DNA of 41,123 bases from Myxococcota bacterium (lineage in GTDB: Bacteria; Myxococcota_A; UBA796; GCA-2862545): positions 1 through 41,123 of the forward strand of contig JBCCQY010000074.1 of NCBI GenBank assembly GCA_039208735.1, in the 5' to 3' direction. The position numbers were made by a program, and so were the translations under genes. Positions 1 through 8,931 of the stretch are shown piece by piece. The notes beneath the pieces were generated by a model. That model did no database searches. It worked only from the letters and a program-made list of their open reading frames with translations, and was not told the origin of the DNA. How positions within the stretch are numbered: position 1 is the stretch's first letter; each line of letters opens with the position of its first letter.

Positions 1-1
1 C

Positions 2-1708
2 GCTGCGCTTGGCGGTCACAACCCCCGCCGCAGCGTCTCCGTTCCAAGTTTCTGGGGTGGTTGTGGAATCGCCGGTGTAGATGTTGCTGCCCCGGACCAC
101 GACTTCATCGCCTTCGGCAAGGGGCTCACTGGCCTGTGCACCCTCGTCGTAGGCCGTCGCAGGCAGGTTGGTCAACTCCAGCGTGACCTCGATGAGATCG
201 GGACACATCGCGTTTACACCTGCATCCGCAAAGCGATACCCAAACGGCCCGCGATTGCCAGCGGGAACTTCCGGCCGGGCGTCACTGCCCTCTGAAACAT
301 CGACGGTCACATCGACCCGTTGGCCAGGGCCTCCGACGGCCGCGAAATCCAAGCGGATGTCGCCCGAAGGCTGTCGTCCATCATGAACCACCGGGGTCCA
401 GGTGAACTCCCGAAACAGCTTCAGGTCCAAAGCGCCCGGATCGGCGAAGAAGGTGACGAGAGCCGAACGATCTGCTGCGATCGGAGCCGCGACGTCGTCC
501 CCCGACCAGACGAACGGGATCCCATCCGCTGTGTAAATGCCGGAACCTCTCACGACCACTCGATCTCCTTCCAGACCGGCGAAGTCCGGCAGGTTCTCCA
601 AGCGAAGCTGCACTTCGACGTGCTCGTCTCTGGCTCCGTCCGCAGTCTCGTTGAACGCCAACGTGAAGGGTCCATCCTCGACCACCGGGGGCTGCGGTCG
701 TGAATCGAGGTTACTCGCGTCAATCGTGACGCGTACCTTCTGTCCGGGGCTCGCAACCGCCAGCAGATCTAGGACGATGTTGCCGTTGGGGTCGGTTCGG
801 TCGATGACGACCTCGTCCCACGAATTTGACCGGAACAACTTAAAGTTGGCGAGGCGGTCGGTCTGGCTGTCGAGGAAATGTCGCTGAAAGAACGTAATGC
901 GCAACGTTCGGTCGTCAGCAACCTCCCCGCTTACATCGTCGCCCTCCCACGTGAAGGGCGAACCTCCGGGCTCGGCGTAAACGGCCTCTCCGCGCACGAC
1001 CACTGACTCGCCGGTCAGCAACGGCATTGGGCCGATTGAAGGGGGCAGATTCGTTACCACCAGATCCACTTCCAGTAGATTCCGATCGGCGCTCAACTCG
1101 CCATCGACGTACTCGATGAATGCGGGCCCCTTGATGTCGCTCGGCAGTGCAGACCGAGCAAGGTCATCCGAGGCGTCCACCGTCACCCGGACCTTGTCTC
1201 CGACCGAGGCAATCGAGAGCAAATCCAACACAATGTTGCCTTCGGAGGCCAGACCCGTGGTGGTATTGTCGACGAGTACGGCATTCCATGACCCGTTCCG
1301 GAACACTTTGAAGTCCGTCCGAGCCTGTCCGCTCGTGGCCAGATCCTGGTAGAACGTAATCGTCGTGGATCGATCGACTTCAATGACGCCGCGAACGTCG
1401 TCACCCTCCCACACGAAGGGCTGGCTCTCATTGTTCACGAAGATTCCGGCGCCCCGAAGAACCACCGACTCGCCGATGTTGCCGGCAAATTCAGGGAGGT
1501 TCGCGATGACGAGTTCGACCTCCATGAGATTGTCGTGCGCACTCGATTCACCGAGGACGCGCTCGGCGAGGAAGGCTCCCTGTTCGAGGGTCGCCGGAGC
1601 AGGCGGAACGACTGGAAGCCCCGGCGTCTCGGACCCGCCAATGTCATCGCAGGCTGTGACAAGGCAAGCCCCCCCAAGGGCAACGGCTAGATGTATCCAA
1701 TTTCGCAT
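2..1708 (-). CDS. Lipoprotein with at least 4 tandem ~150-aa beta-rich repeats (putative carbohydrate-binding modules); 3' end runs off the window
   Basis: Translated by hand and absent from the ORF track because there is no stop in the window. ATG at 1708 with AAGGAA RBS; MRNWIHLAVALGGACLVTAC lipobox; open for 569 codons. Repeats start at about 1525, 1075, 619 and 193. Confidence 0.88.
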   Translation of the reverse strand, partial: MRNWIHLAVALGGACLVTACDDIGGSETPGLPVVPPAPATLEQGAFLAERVLGESSAHDNLMEVELVIANLPEFAGNIGESVVLRGAGIFVNNESQPFVWEGDDVRGVIEVDRSTTITFYQDLATSGQARTDFKVFRNGSWNAVLVDNTTTGLASEGNIVLDLLSIASVGDKVRVTVDASDDLARSALPSDIKGPAFIEYVDGELSADRNLLEVDLVVTNLPPSIGPMPLLTGESVVVRGEAVYAEPGGSPFTWEGDDVSGEVADDRTLRITFFQRHFLDSQTDRLANFKLFRSNSWDEVVIDRTDPNGNIVLDLLAVASPGQKVRVTIDASNLDSRPQPPVVEDGPFTLAFNETADGARDEHVEVQLRLENLPDFAGLEGDRVVVRGSGIYTADGIPFVWSGDDVAAPIAADRSALVTFFADPGALDLKLFREFTWTPVVHDGRQPSGDIRLDFAAVGGPGQRVDVTVDVSEGSDARPEVPAGNRGPFGYRFADAGVNAMCPDLIEVTLELTNLPATAYDEGAQASEPLAEGDEVVVRGSNIYTGDSTTTPETWNGDAAAGVVTAKRS

Positions 1709-1727
1709 GGTGATTCCTTGTGTTTGA

Positions 1728-1744
1728 CGCACCCCGGGGGTGCG
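1728..1744. other. Intercistronic stem-loop CGCACCCC-G-GGGGTGCG
   Basis: Perfect 8-bp inverted repeat right after the GH30 stop and before the next RBS; no U-tract. Confidence 0.45.
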
Positions 1745-1746
1745 GG

Positions 1747-3600
1747 TCAGTGACCCTGTGGGTTCCAGGTCAGGGTGGTCAGCGAACGCGGTGCCAATTC
1801 GACGCCCGTGACCGCCCCCTCCGAGGCCAGCAAAACGTCCCGGGGCTGGACGCGGTTTCGATTCAGGATGATCGTGACCAGGCTTCCGTCCGGATTCTCG
1901 TAGGCGATGGTGCGTAGGTCCCCGTAGTGGTTGGAGCCGATCCGCGTTGCGCCAGGCCGAACGAATCGGCTCGAATGGCCAAGCACAAAGAACTCGTGTT
2001 CGAGGCGCATTTCACCTGTGGTGGGATCGACGGTGACCACGCCTCGGAGTGCCTCGCGCGGGGACTCGGGGGGACGCAGGTTTGGCCCTCCCTCTGGGTC
2101 AAGGACGAGGTTCCAAAGCAAGGCGGTACGACTGTCATGGCGCATCGAACCGATAAAGATGTTTTCGTAGTTCCACGTCAGGACGCTGCCGAAGTTGGTG
2201 TCCCAGCCGCCCCCGGTGATCTCGGTGAAGTAGATGCCGTCGTCGGGATATCGTTGCTGTACTCGAGACTGCACATCCAGCTCGATGTCGCCGTAGCCAT
2301 GCCATGCGGTGCCCGCGACCAAGGCTTGGCCGGCGGCGCTGAGGCCGTCGTAGGTCTCTTGGATGTAGGTTTCGACGTCGACCGTGGGGTTGGTCCAATT
2401 GTGGTCGTAGAGCAGTATCTTGGTTTGCAGTCCTCGATCGGCAAATCGGGGGACCAGCAACTCGACCAACTGGGCTTGCTCCGCCGCGGACATGAACGAG
2501 CACGGGTAGGGAGCTCCATCGTAGAGGGGCTCGTTCTGGAGCGATAGGTAGTCGAGCGGAACGCCCGCTTCTCGGAACCCCTGCACCGTCTTGCTGAGGT
2601 ACTCGGCAAAATCCTCGCGACGCTCGGGGTTCAGACGCCCTCCGACCAAGCCGCGCGGGTCACTGGCGTCGATCTTCATCCAGCCCGGTGGGCTCCATGG
2701 CGTCCCCATCAACTTGAGTTCGGGATTGAGTTGGCGAGCCCGCCGCAACTGCGGAAAGAGAACCTCCTCCTCGCGTTCAAGCGAGAACGCCGAGCCCTGC
2801 TCGGTGCCATCGTCATCGTAGGTGTACCAGTCTAGAGCGAAATCCGAAGCACCAAGAGGGACCCGAACGAACGAGAGTCCGATGCCCTCTTCGTCACGGC
2901 CAAACAACAGTCGCATGATTCGGTCAGAATCTGCGCTTTGTGCAATGAGGGAAGCGGACGTTTCGGTCATCGCCGCACCGAATCCCTCAACCACTTGCGA
3001 TCGATCCGTCGGATCGATGATCACGTTTGCTATGCCCGAATACCCTTCGAGCCAGGGCCGACTCGGCTGGGCAGCCAGCAGCGACGCCCCATCGCCCGTC
3101 GACAACCATTGTTCGACGACGGGAGGTGACTCGTCCAATCCAATGTGAATCGAATCCCCGTCATCGACAACCGCACCGATGGCCAGCGCTTGGCATGTGG
3201 CCTGCTCGAACGACGTGCCCGGGGCTTGGATCGAAATCAACAGCTCTTCGTCAGTGGCGAGTCGAGAGTTGAACTGGAAGCGCGCCGGCTGCGACCCATC
3301 GAACTTCTTGGTCTGCGTCGTCCATTCGCCCTGGAGGCTCCAATATGCGATAGAGACGGGTTCGGTAGGGGGCTCGGAAGACCCCGGATGAATGTCGAGG
3401 ATAATGTCGATCCCTTCCGCACGGGCTCGCCGTTCTCGTCGCACGACGTGAAAGTTGCCGAGGGTCAGGAAGGCTCCGGTATGCAGTGTCGTCTCGCCGG
3501 GCGACGCACCATCGGAACAGGGAAGGTCGGGCGGAGGACTTGAGTGGGAACACGCGACGGTGAAAAGCCCGAGAAGCGCTTGCCCGATAATTCTGGTCAT
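1747..3600 (-). CDS. Glycoside hydrolase family 30 lipoprotein (endo-beta-1,6-glucanase/glucosylceramidase-like) with an extra N-terminal domain
   Basis: Lipobox FTVAC. GH30 motifs EGFGAAMT, RVPLGASDF, YTYDD, TPWSPPGWMK, QNEP (acid/base), YDHNW, AWHGY, FTE (nucleophile), WNLVLD, GHSSRFVRPGA and ENPDGS. ATGA overlap with the upstream gene. Confidence 0.93.
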   Translation of the reverse strand: MTRIIGQALLGLFTVACSHSSPPPDLPCSDGASPGETTLHTGAFLTLGNFHVVRRERRARAEGIDIILDIHPGSSEPPTEPVSIAYWSLQGEWTTQTKKFDGSQPARFQFNSRLATDEELLISIQAPGTSFEQATCQALAIGAVVDDGDSIHIGLDESPPVVEQWLSTGDGASLLAAQPSRPWLEGYSGIANVIIDPTDRSQVVEGFGAAMTETSASLIAQSADSDRIMRLLFGRDEEGIGLSFVRVPLGASDFALDWYTYDDDGTEQGSAFSLEREEEVLFPQLRRARQLNPELKLMGTPWSPPGWMKIDASDPRGLVGGRLNPERREDFAEYLSKTVQGFREAGVPLDYLSLQNEPLYDGAPYPCSFMSAAEQAQLVELLVPRFADRGLQTKILLYDHNWTNPTVDVETYIQETYDGLSAAGQALVAGTAWHGYGDIELDVQSRVQQRYPDDGIYFTEITGGGWDTNFGSVLTWNYENIFIGSMRHDSRTALLWNLVLDPEGGPNLRPPESPREALRGVVTVDPTTGEMRLEHEFFVLGHSSRFVRPGATRIGSNHYGDLRTIAYENPDGSLVTIILNRNRVQPRDVLLASEGAVTGVELAPRSLTTLTWNPQGH

Positions 3601-4379
3601 GGAACGTCCAACAAGAGGTCGAAGCCCGCCACCGTTCCGAATCGAGGTACGACGGAGACGGCTTTCCCCTTGCGAGGAGTTCGCGTCACCAAGAGCACGG
3701 CAGTGGATACGGCGGCGACGGCCGCGACGCCGGCCGAAACGTCAGCGACTCGCGAGTATCGGCGCTGCCGGTCGAGGAGCGGTTCGGCGTCTTCATGACA
3801 TACGAAGTCTCCGATCGAGGGGGTCCCACATAGGTTCGAGGCCTGTGTGCGGTTACGTTGGGTCATCAACCCGAAGGTCACGGCAGTGGCGGTGGCTCCA
3901 ACCGCTAAGCTTCCCGCGGTGATGACGGGCAGGGCCCCAGGCTTTCGTCGAGTGGGAGGGTCGGTCTCGTTCGCGAGCGGCGAAGCCGGTACGGCGGCCG
4001 ACGCAGGGCGCTTCGGTTCGATTGGGGCTTCCGCCTCGGCGGTTGCAATTGCCAGTTCGAGCCTACGGAGTCGTTCACGAACCGAAGCGACATCGTGAAC
4101 CCTCGAACTTGCGAGGTAGCGCTGAAGGTAGTCAGCCGCGACCTCATAGTCGCCGAGGCGCTCGTAGACGTTGGCGAGATTGAAGAGGAAGGCCGGCCTC
4201 TTTACGAGAGCATAGGCCTCTTTGAAGTTCTCTGCCGCGAGTTCATAGCGACCTGCCGCATAGTGATCATTTCCGCTGCTGTACAGACTTCGGGCCTGGC
4301 TCTCTGCGTTCTCGGGCAAAGGGTCCTGAGCCATCGCAGGCGTCGTCCACGCGACCATCATGGCGATCAAGCCGATCAT
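3597..4379 (-). CDS. Secreted tetratricopeptide repeat protein with C-terminal hydrophobic helices and terminal beta strand (myxobacterial type)
   Basis: Signal peptide ending PAMA; TPR helices (ARSLYSSGNDHYAAGRYELAAENFKEAY, FLFNLANVYERLGDYEVAADYLQRYL). ATG 4379 overlaps the kinase stop (ATGA). Confidence 0.88.
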   Translation of the reverse strand: MIGLIAMMVAWTTPAMAQDPLPENAESQARSLYSSGNDHYAAGRYELAAENFKEAYALVKRPAFLFNLANVYERLGDYEVAADYLQRYLASSRVHDVASVRERLRRLELAIATAEAEAPIEPKRPASAAVPASPLANETDPPTRRKPGALPVITAGSLAVGATATAVTFGLMTQRNRTQASNLCGTPSIGDFVCHEDAEPLLDRQRRYSRVADVSAGVAAVAAVSTAVLLVTRTPRKGKAVSVVPRFGTVAGFDLLLDVP

Positions 4380-5866
4380 GGCTCGTCCCATGGATTGAGG
4401 TTGTCGGTCATCACTTCGAACTCCTCTGATGGTTCGGGGACAGGGGCCTCCCTTGCTTTCTGGGGGGCCTTCGGCTCCGCTCCGACGGCTGGCGACTCCC
4501 CCGGCGCCGGGCGAGTCCGTGGTCGTACCGGTCCTTCTGCAGGGAGTTCCTCCGCCGCGGAGACGGGGGGGCCGACGAACGAAGGTGGCGGTGTCTTCGC
4601 GGAGGTTGCTCCGCCGGAGGACTCGGCAGCGGTCTGGAGTTCCGAAACGGAGGGCGCGGGCCTCGGCGACTCGAGAGCAGCCGAAATCGTGACTCCGCCC
4701 AAGAACACCATGACACCCGTCAAGAGCGCCGCCCCCCCGGTCGCGAGCAGAACCGGTTGGGCGGCGCCTCGGAGGTCCGGTCCCACCCGTGAGAGCGTGG
4801 TGTGCGCGAGGTCTCCAGCGGTGGAGTGGGACAGCTCGTCACCGGGCTGAGCCCAACTCGCCCTCGCCGGAGCCACAGAGGCGGTTACCTCGGAAGAATG
4901 ACGGAGTGCCGCAGGTGAGGTTCGTGTGTGCTCCTCGACAGCGCGACGAGCCGCGAGCCGATCCGGGAACGACGTCGCCATAAACCTCTTGAGCGTCCTC
5001 GCGGTCATCGTGCCGAAGAGGTCCGGGGAGAAGGCCTGCAGCTGGTCTGCGAAAGCCCGCCCCGAGGGACACCGGTCCGCAGGATCGGGACGAAGCGCCC
5101 ACAGAACAAGTTCGTCGAGTTCCGGGGGCACCATTTTACGGACCGAACTGGGGGCAGGGATGTCTCCTCGGCAAATCGCGTCGATTGACTCTGCCGTAGG
5201 CTCACGGAACAATCTGGTTCCCGCAAGCATTTCCCAGAATAGAATGCCGAGTTGGAATACGTCGGTGCGGGCGTCGAGAGGTCGGCGGAGAATCTGCTCC
5301 GGTGCCATGTACGATGGCTTGCCTTTGACCACTCCCATGCGGGTCTCCGCCTCGTGCGTCATTTTGGCAACGCCAAAGTCGAGCAGCTTGATCCGCCCGT
5401 CGTAGCAACACATGACGTTCGAGGGGCTGACGTCTCGGTGCACGATGTTCCAGGGGGAGCCATCGGGCAACGTCAGATGATGCACGTAGTCGAGAGCCGA
5501 TGCGATCGAAGCTGCGATTCGACAGGCCAAGGTCGTGGGAAGAGTCTCCTTCTCTTTCTCGAGCATCCGAATCACAAAAGAGAGCGTCTCGCCTGAAAGG
5601 TACTCCATGACCAGGTAGGGTCCGTCGTCATCTTCTCCGACATCGAGCGTCACGACCGTGTGGGGGTGATTCATCGAAGCCGCTACCCGAGCCTCCCGTA
5701 GGAACGACTCGACATAATCCGAATCTCCACGCGCCCAGGCTGCAATTCGCTTGAAGACGACGAGCCGCTGAAAGTTACCGACACCCCGCTGCAACGCAAG
5801 GTAGATGTCGGCCATCCCTCCACGGCCAATTTGTTCACCAATCGTATAGGAATGCATTCGCTTCAC
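4376..5866 (-). CDS. Membrane-anchored Hanks-type Ser/Thr protein kinase
   Basis: GRGGMA loop, VVFKRI, HRDVSPSNV, DFGVAK, GKPSYMAPEQ; one TM segment and a Pro-rich extracytoplasmic tail. Start may be GTG 5866 or ATG 5857. Confidence 0.95.
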   Translation of the reverse strand: MKRMHSYTIGEQIGRGGMADIYLALQRGVGNFQRLVVFKRIAAWARGDSDYVESFLREARVAASMNHPHTVVTLDVGEDDDGPYLVMEYLSGETLSFVIRMLEKEKETLPTTLACRIAASIASALDYVHHLTLPDGSPWNIVHRDVSPSNVMCCYDGRIKLLDFGVAKMTHEAETRMGVVKGKPSYMAPEQILRRPLDARTDVFQLGILFWEMLAGTRLFREPTAESIDAICRGDIPAPSSVRKMVPPELDELVLWALRPDPADRCPSGRAFADQLQAFSPDLFGTMTARTLKRFMATSFPDRLAARRAVEEHTRTSPAALRHSSEVTASVAPARASWAQPGDELSHSTAGDLAHTTLSRVGPDLRGAAQPVLLATGGAALLTGVMVFLGGVTISAALESPRPAPSVSELQTAAESSGGATSAKTPPPSFVGPPVSAAEELPAEGPVRPRTRPAPGESPAVGAEPKAPQKAREAPVPEPSEEFEVMTDNLNPWDEP

Positions 5867-5897
5867 TCCCGAGAGTCGTGATGCGAGCCTTCGTTGA

Positions 5898-5937
5898 AAT
5901 TCGGCGAATTGTTACCGCTACGGATTTGAAATAGCAA
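5898..5937 (-). promoter_or_regulatory. Possible sigma70-type promoter of the kinase operon with an overlapping palindrome
   Basis: Minus strand TTGCTA(5937-5932)-N18-AACAAT(5913-5908); AATTCG-G-CGAATT inverted repeat at 5898-5910. Confidence 0.3.
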
Positions 5938-6530
5938 GGGTGGAATCTGACAACGAGATGTGGTAGCGGCGTCGATTAAGCAAGTCCGGGCTTACGGATA
6001 GGTGCATCTGCAAGCGAGTGGATGCATTTCTTTCTTTCAGCTCATTGCAGTTCAACGAAGTTGATCGGTTTCGACCAAAACAACGAGTGCAGGGAATTCC
6101 GATCTCGGCTCGGCGCAGACGTGCCGCTCATTGCAGATGTGCCGCGTATGGCGATGGGCCAGTTATAAGTTTACACCCGTAGGTTTCATGATCTTGACAT
6201 ATTTATCTGATTGGGTGTTCGATCGCGATCCGTCGAGTCGGGTCTCGGTGGTGGAGGATCTGTAGACCGAGATGCGCAGCCAGGCTAAGCCGACCACATC
6301 CTAAGGAGATCCGTATCGACGAGAGGCTCCTGGCTCATCGTCGAATCGACGCGCTCCGCCATCGCCTGTCTGCGGTTCCAGGGCCCGGCGTCAGGATCCG
6401 CTCCCGCCCACCCTTCAACGCGCCACCGCTCGTGGTCCGACACCGCTGGCGCGCAGCCATTGATGGACGCGGCAGGCGATGTGCCATCCGGCGTTGGGGC
6501 CGCGACTGACAGGTTGTCGACGATTCTCGA

Positions 6531-7328
6531 TCAGTACGGTGCGCCCGTGCTGTAGACGTCAGCGAGCTGCACCGTGGTCATGCCTTCGAGGGGCAAAAGC
6601 GTGTTCTCGAACTTAGCGAGGTCGCTCTTCCAATAGGTGGTGGGGGTCACCGCGGCCGGCCGGAAGCGAAGCACGCACTCGGCAGCCTCGCCTGGCGTCA
6701 TCGTGAACCGGTCCACGGGCAGGAATGCATGGTCGATGTTGGCGAGCTGCTTCATGTGGTCGGTACACTCGGTGTCGCCCGCCACATAGATCGATTTGCC
6801 ACCAACCTTCAGCACGTAGCCGTTGCCACGGCCCTTCTCGTGAAACACCATGCCGGGCTTTGGACCCCGTTCGAGGTTGTACGCGGGAATGGCGGTGACT
6901 TCGAACGGCCCCACCGTCGCCGTGGTGCCATTGGCGAGCACGTGTTTGACCGCGATGTCGGCCATCTTGGGATCGCTCGCCACCGCGGGAGGGGCCACGA
7001 TCTCGGTCGTGGCCTTCAACAGCGGGCGGATGGCCACGGGGTCCATGTGGTCAGGATGGACGTCGGTGATGAAGATGTAGTCGGCCTGGATGTCCCCCAA
7101 CTCCGCCTTCGACCACGGGTCGAACACCGTCACCGTGTCGCCGAACCCCACCCGCAGCGTCGCATGGAAGACGGGCGTGATGGTGAGGTCGCCTTGTTCG
7201 GTTGCGACCTTGAAGGTGGTCGTTTCAGACTTCGGCTGGGTCTTTTCCACGGCTTTGGGAGCTTCTTCGACCGCGGGCTCCGAGGAGAAGAGGGAACAGG
7301 CCGACAAGAGCGACAGGGCGAAGGACAT
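6531..7328 (-). CDS. Metallo-beta-lactamase-fold hydrolase, probable lipoprotein
   Basis: Start at MSFALSLLSAC with AAGGAG RBS; HAT, DPW, TDVHPDH, IPAYN, HEKGRGNGY and YVAGDT motifs. Confidence 0.85.
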   Translation of the reverse strand: MSFALSLLSACSLFSSEPAVEEAPKAVEKTQPKSETTTFKVATEQGDLTITPVFHATLRVGFGDTVTVFDPWSKAELGDIQADYIFITDVHPDHMDPVAIRPLLKATTEIVAPPAVASDPKMADIAVKHVLANGTTATVGPFEVTAIPAYNLERGPKPGMVFHEKGRGNGYVLKVGGKSIYVAGDTECTDHMKQLANIDHAFLPVDRFTMTPGEAAECVLRFRPAAVTPTTYWKSDLAKFENTLLPLEGMTTVQLADVYSTGAPY

Positions 7329-7338
7329 GGGCGTCTCC

Positions 7339-8931
7339 TTACGGGGCGTTGCCTTCGTTGATGAACGTGCCGATGTTGCCGGCGCCAACCAGATCTCGCC
7401 AGGCGTCCACATCGGCTGACGAGAGGTTCGGGTTGTTCCGGAAGGTGGCGGTCTTCGCTCCGCTGACCCCGTTGAGCCCTTCGATCGAGTTCAAGAGGGA
7501 GTTCTCCTCGACCGTGATGGTGTCGACCGTGGTGAGCGTGGCCAGATTATCAAACGACCCAAGCGCATTGTTGTCGTTCACCTGCAGGCGGCCAAGGGTG
7601 GTGACGGCGTCGGCTCCCATGAGCGAGGTCATGGTGGAGTTCGTGGTGAGGATGAGGCTCACGTTGACGCTCTCGAGGGCGCCAAGACCCATCAGGTTCG
7701 AGAGGCCCTGATTGTTGACCACCTCGAACTGGCCGCCCACCGAAGCCAGGTTGTCGAGCCCGGTGAAGGAGCCCAGGTCGGTGTTCCCGGCAATGAGCAC
7801 CGAGCCCGTGACCGCAGCCACGCCCTCGAGCCCGGTGAGGCTCGTAAAGGCGGTGTTCAAGACCGTGAGTTCTTCGATCGACGCATTATCGACGCCATCG
7901 AAGCCCTGGGGCGTCACCAACGCGGGCAGGTTGGTGAAGTTGAAGGAGGTGGCTTCGGTCACCGCGGTGGTGATCGAGTCGAGGACCGTGTTCGAGTTGA
8001 ACTCGACGTCGCCTGTGGTCGTGCAGGCGGGCAGGTTCAGCGTGGTCACGCTTGCGTTGTTGCGAACGTCGATGGCGCCGGTGCTCGTGATGTTGGGTAG
8101 CGACACGGTCACCGCGCCATCGTTGTCGCTCACCACGAGTTGACCGCCGACACGGTTGACGGCGAGCGCCTCAAAGTCCACGTCGTTGCGGAAGTTCGTG
8201 ATGATGAAGTTGCCGCCGATCGAGGTGATCGTGTCGACGCCCTCGAAGCTCATGATGGTGGGACCCCCGAGGAGCAGGTCCCGTTCGAGCGTCGTCAGCT
8301 CAGGCAGGCCCGCGTAGTTGGAGACGCCAACGACGTTGAGGGCGAGGTCTTGAATGCCTTCGATGTCGCCAAGCACCTCGAGCGAGTTTTCGTCGGCGGT
8401 CAGCCGCAGGTTCAAGCGCAAGCTTTCGACACGCTCGAGAGCATCCAGATCCTCGAGGTCCCGCAGTCCTGGGATGATCGAGAGCACCAGTCCACCCGCG
8501 TCGGTGAGGTTCTGGAGCCCCGACAGATCGGCCAACTCTTCGTTGTTGGCGATCGTAAGCGTGCCTTGGACGTTTTCGAGACTGCGTAGGATGCTGACGT
8601 TGGTGCGATCCGTATTGAGAATCGTGATGTTGCCCGCCATCGTGCCGGGGCAGGCATCGAGGAAAGCCTGCAGATCGCCTTCATCCTTGCCATCGATGAC
8701 AAGGTTGCCCTCATAGGTCCCCGTTGGCGTATTCGTGTCGTCGCGGTCGTCGCAGTCGCGGTCGTTCGTCGTAAATCCGCGCGGAATGCCGCAAGAAAAT
8801 CGGCTGTTGTCGGCGTTCCCGAACCCGTCCCCGTCACGGTCGCGGTAGTAGGTGTCGCAGATGTCGCCGGTCTTGCAGGCGGTGGCGAGCAAGGCCGCCA
8901 TCAGGGTGATGCTGATGCTCTTGATGTTCAT
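7339..8931 (-). CDS. Surface lipoprotein: MopE-like Cys/Asp metal-binding motif plus receptor-L-domain/LRR-like solenoid
   Basis: Lipobox LATAC; YYRDRDGDGFG...C...DCDDRD; many LxGLxxLxxVxGxLxIxNNxxL repeats. Confidence 0.85.
   Translation of the reverse strand: MNIKSISITLMAALLATACKTGDICDTYYRDRDGDGFGNADNSRFSCGIPRGFTTNDRDCDDRDDTNTPTGTYEGNLVIDGKDEGDLQAFLDACPGTMAGNITILNTDRTNVSILRSLENVQGTLTIANNEELADLSGLQNLTDAGGLVLSIIPGLRDLEDLDALERVESLRLNLRLTADENSLEVLGDIEGIQDLALNVVGVSNYAGLPELTTLERDLLLGGPTIMSFEGVDTITSIGGNFIITNFRNDVDFEALAVNRVGGQLVVSDNDGAVTVSLPNITSTGAIDVRNNASVTTLNLPACTTTGDVEFNSNTVLDSITTAVTEATSFNFTNLPALVTPQGFDGVDNASIEELTVLNTAFTSLTGLEGVAAVTGSVLIAGNTDLGSFTGLDNLASVGGQFEVVNNQGLSNLMGLGALESVNVSLILTTNSTMTSLMGADAVTTLGRLQVNDNNALGSFDNLATLTTVDTITVEENSLLNSIEGLNGVSGAKTATFRNNPNLSSADVDAWRDLVGAGNIGTFINEGNAP

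Noticed and set aside
168..1727. Many short ORFs listed in the track
   Set aside because: All overlap the long minus-strand repeat lipoprotein frame (1708 to 2), which has an RBS, lipobox and internal repeats.
5940..6000. GGTAGCGG resembling the 3' end of a c-di-GMP-I riboswitch
   Set aside because: No GGCAAAC...GAAA...GACGCAAA core found on either strand.
6194..6225. Perfect TTGACA hexamer on the plus strand
   Set aside because: No acceptable -10 at 16-18 nt and no plus-strand gene downstream.
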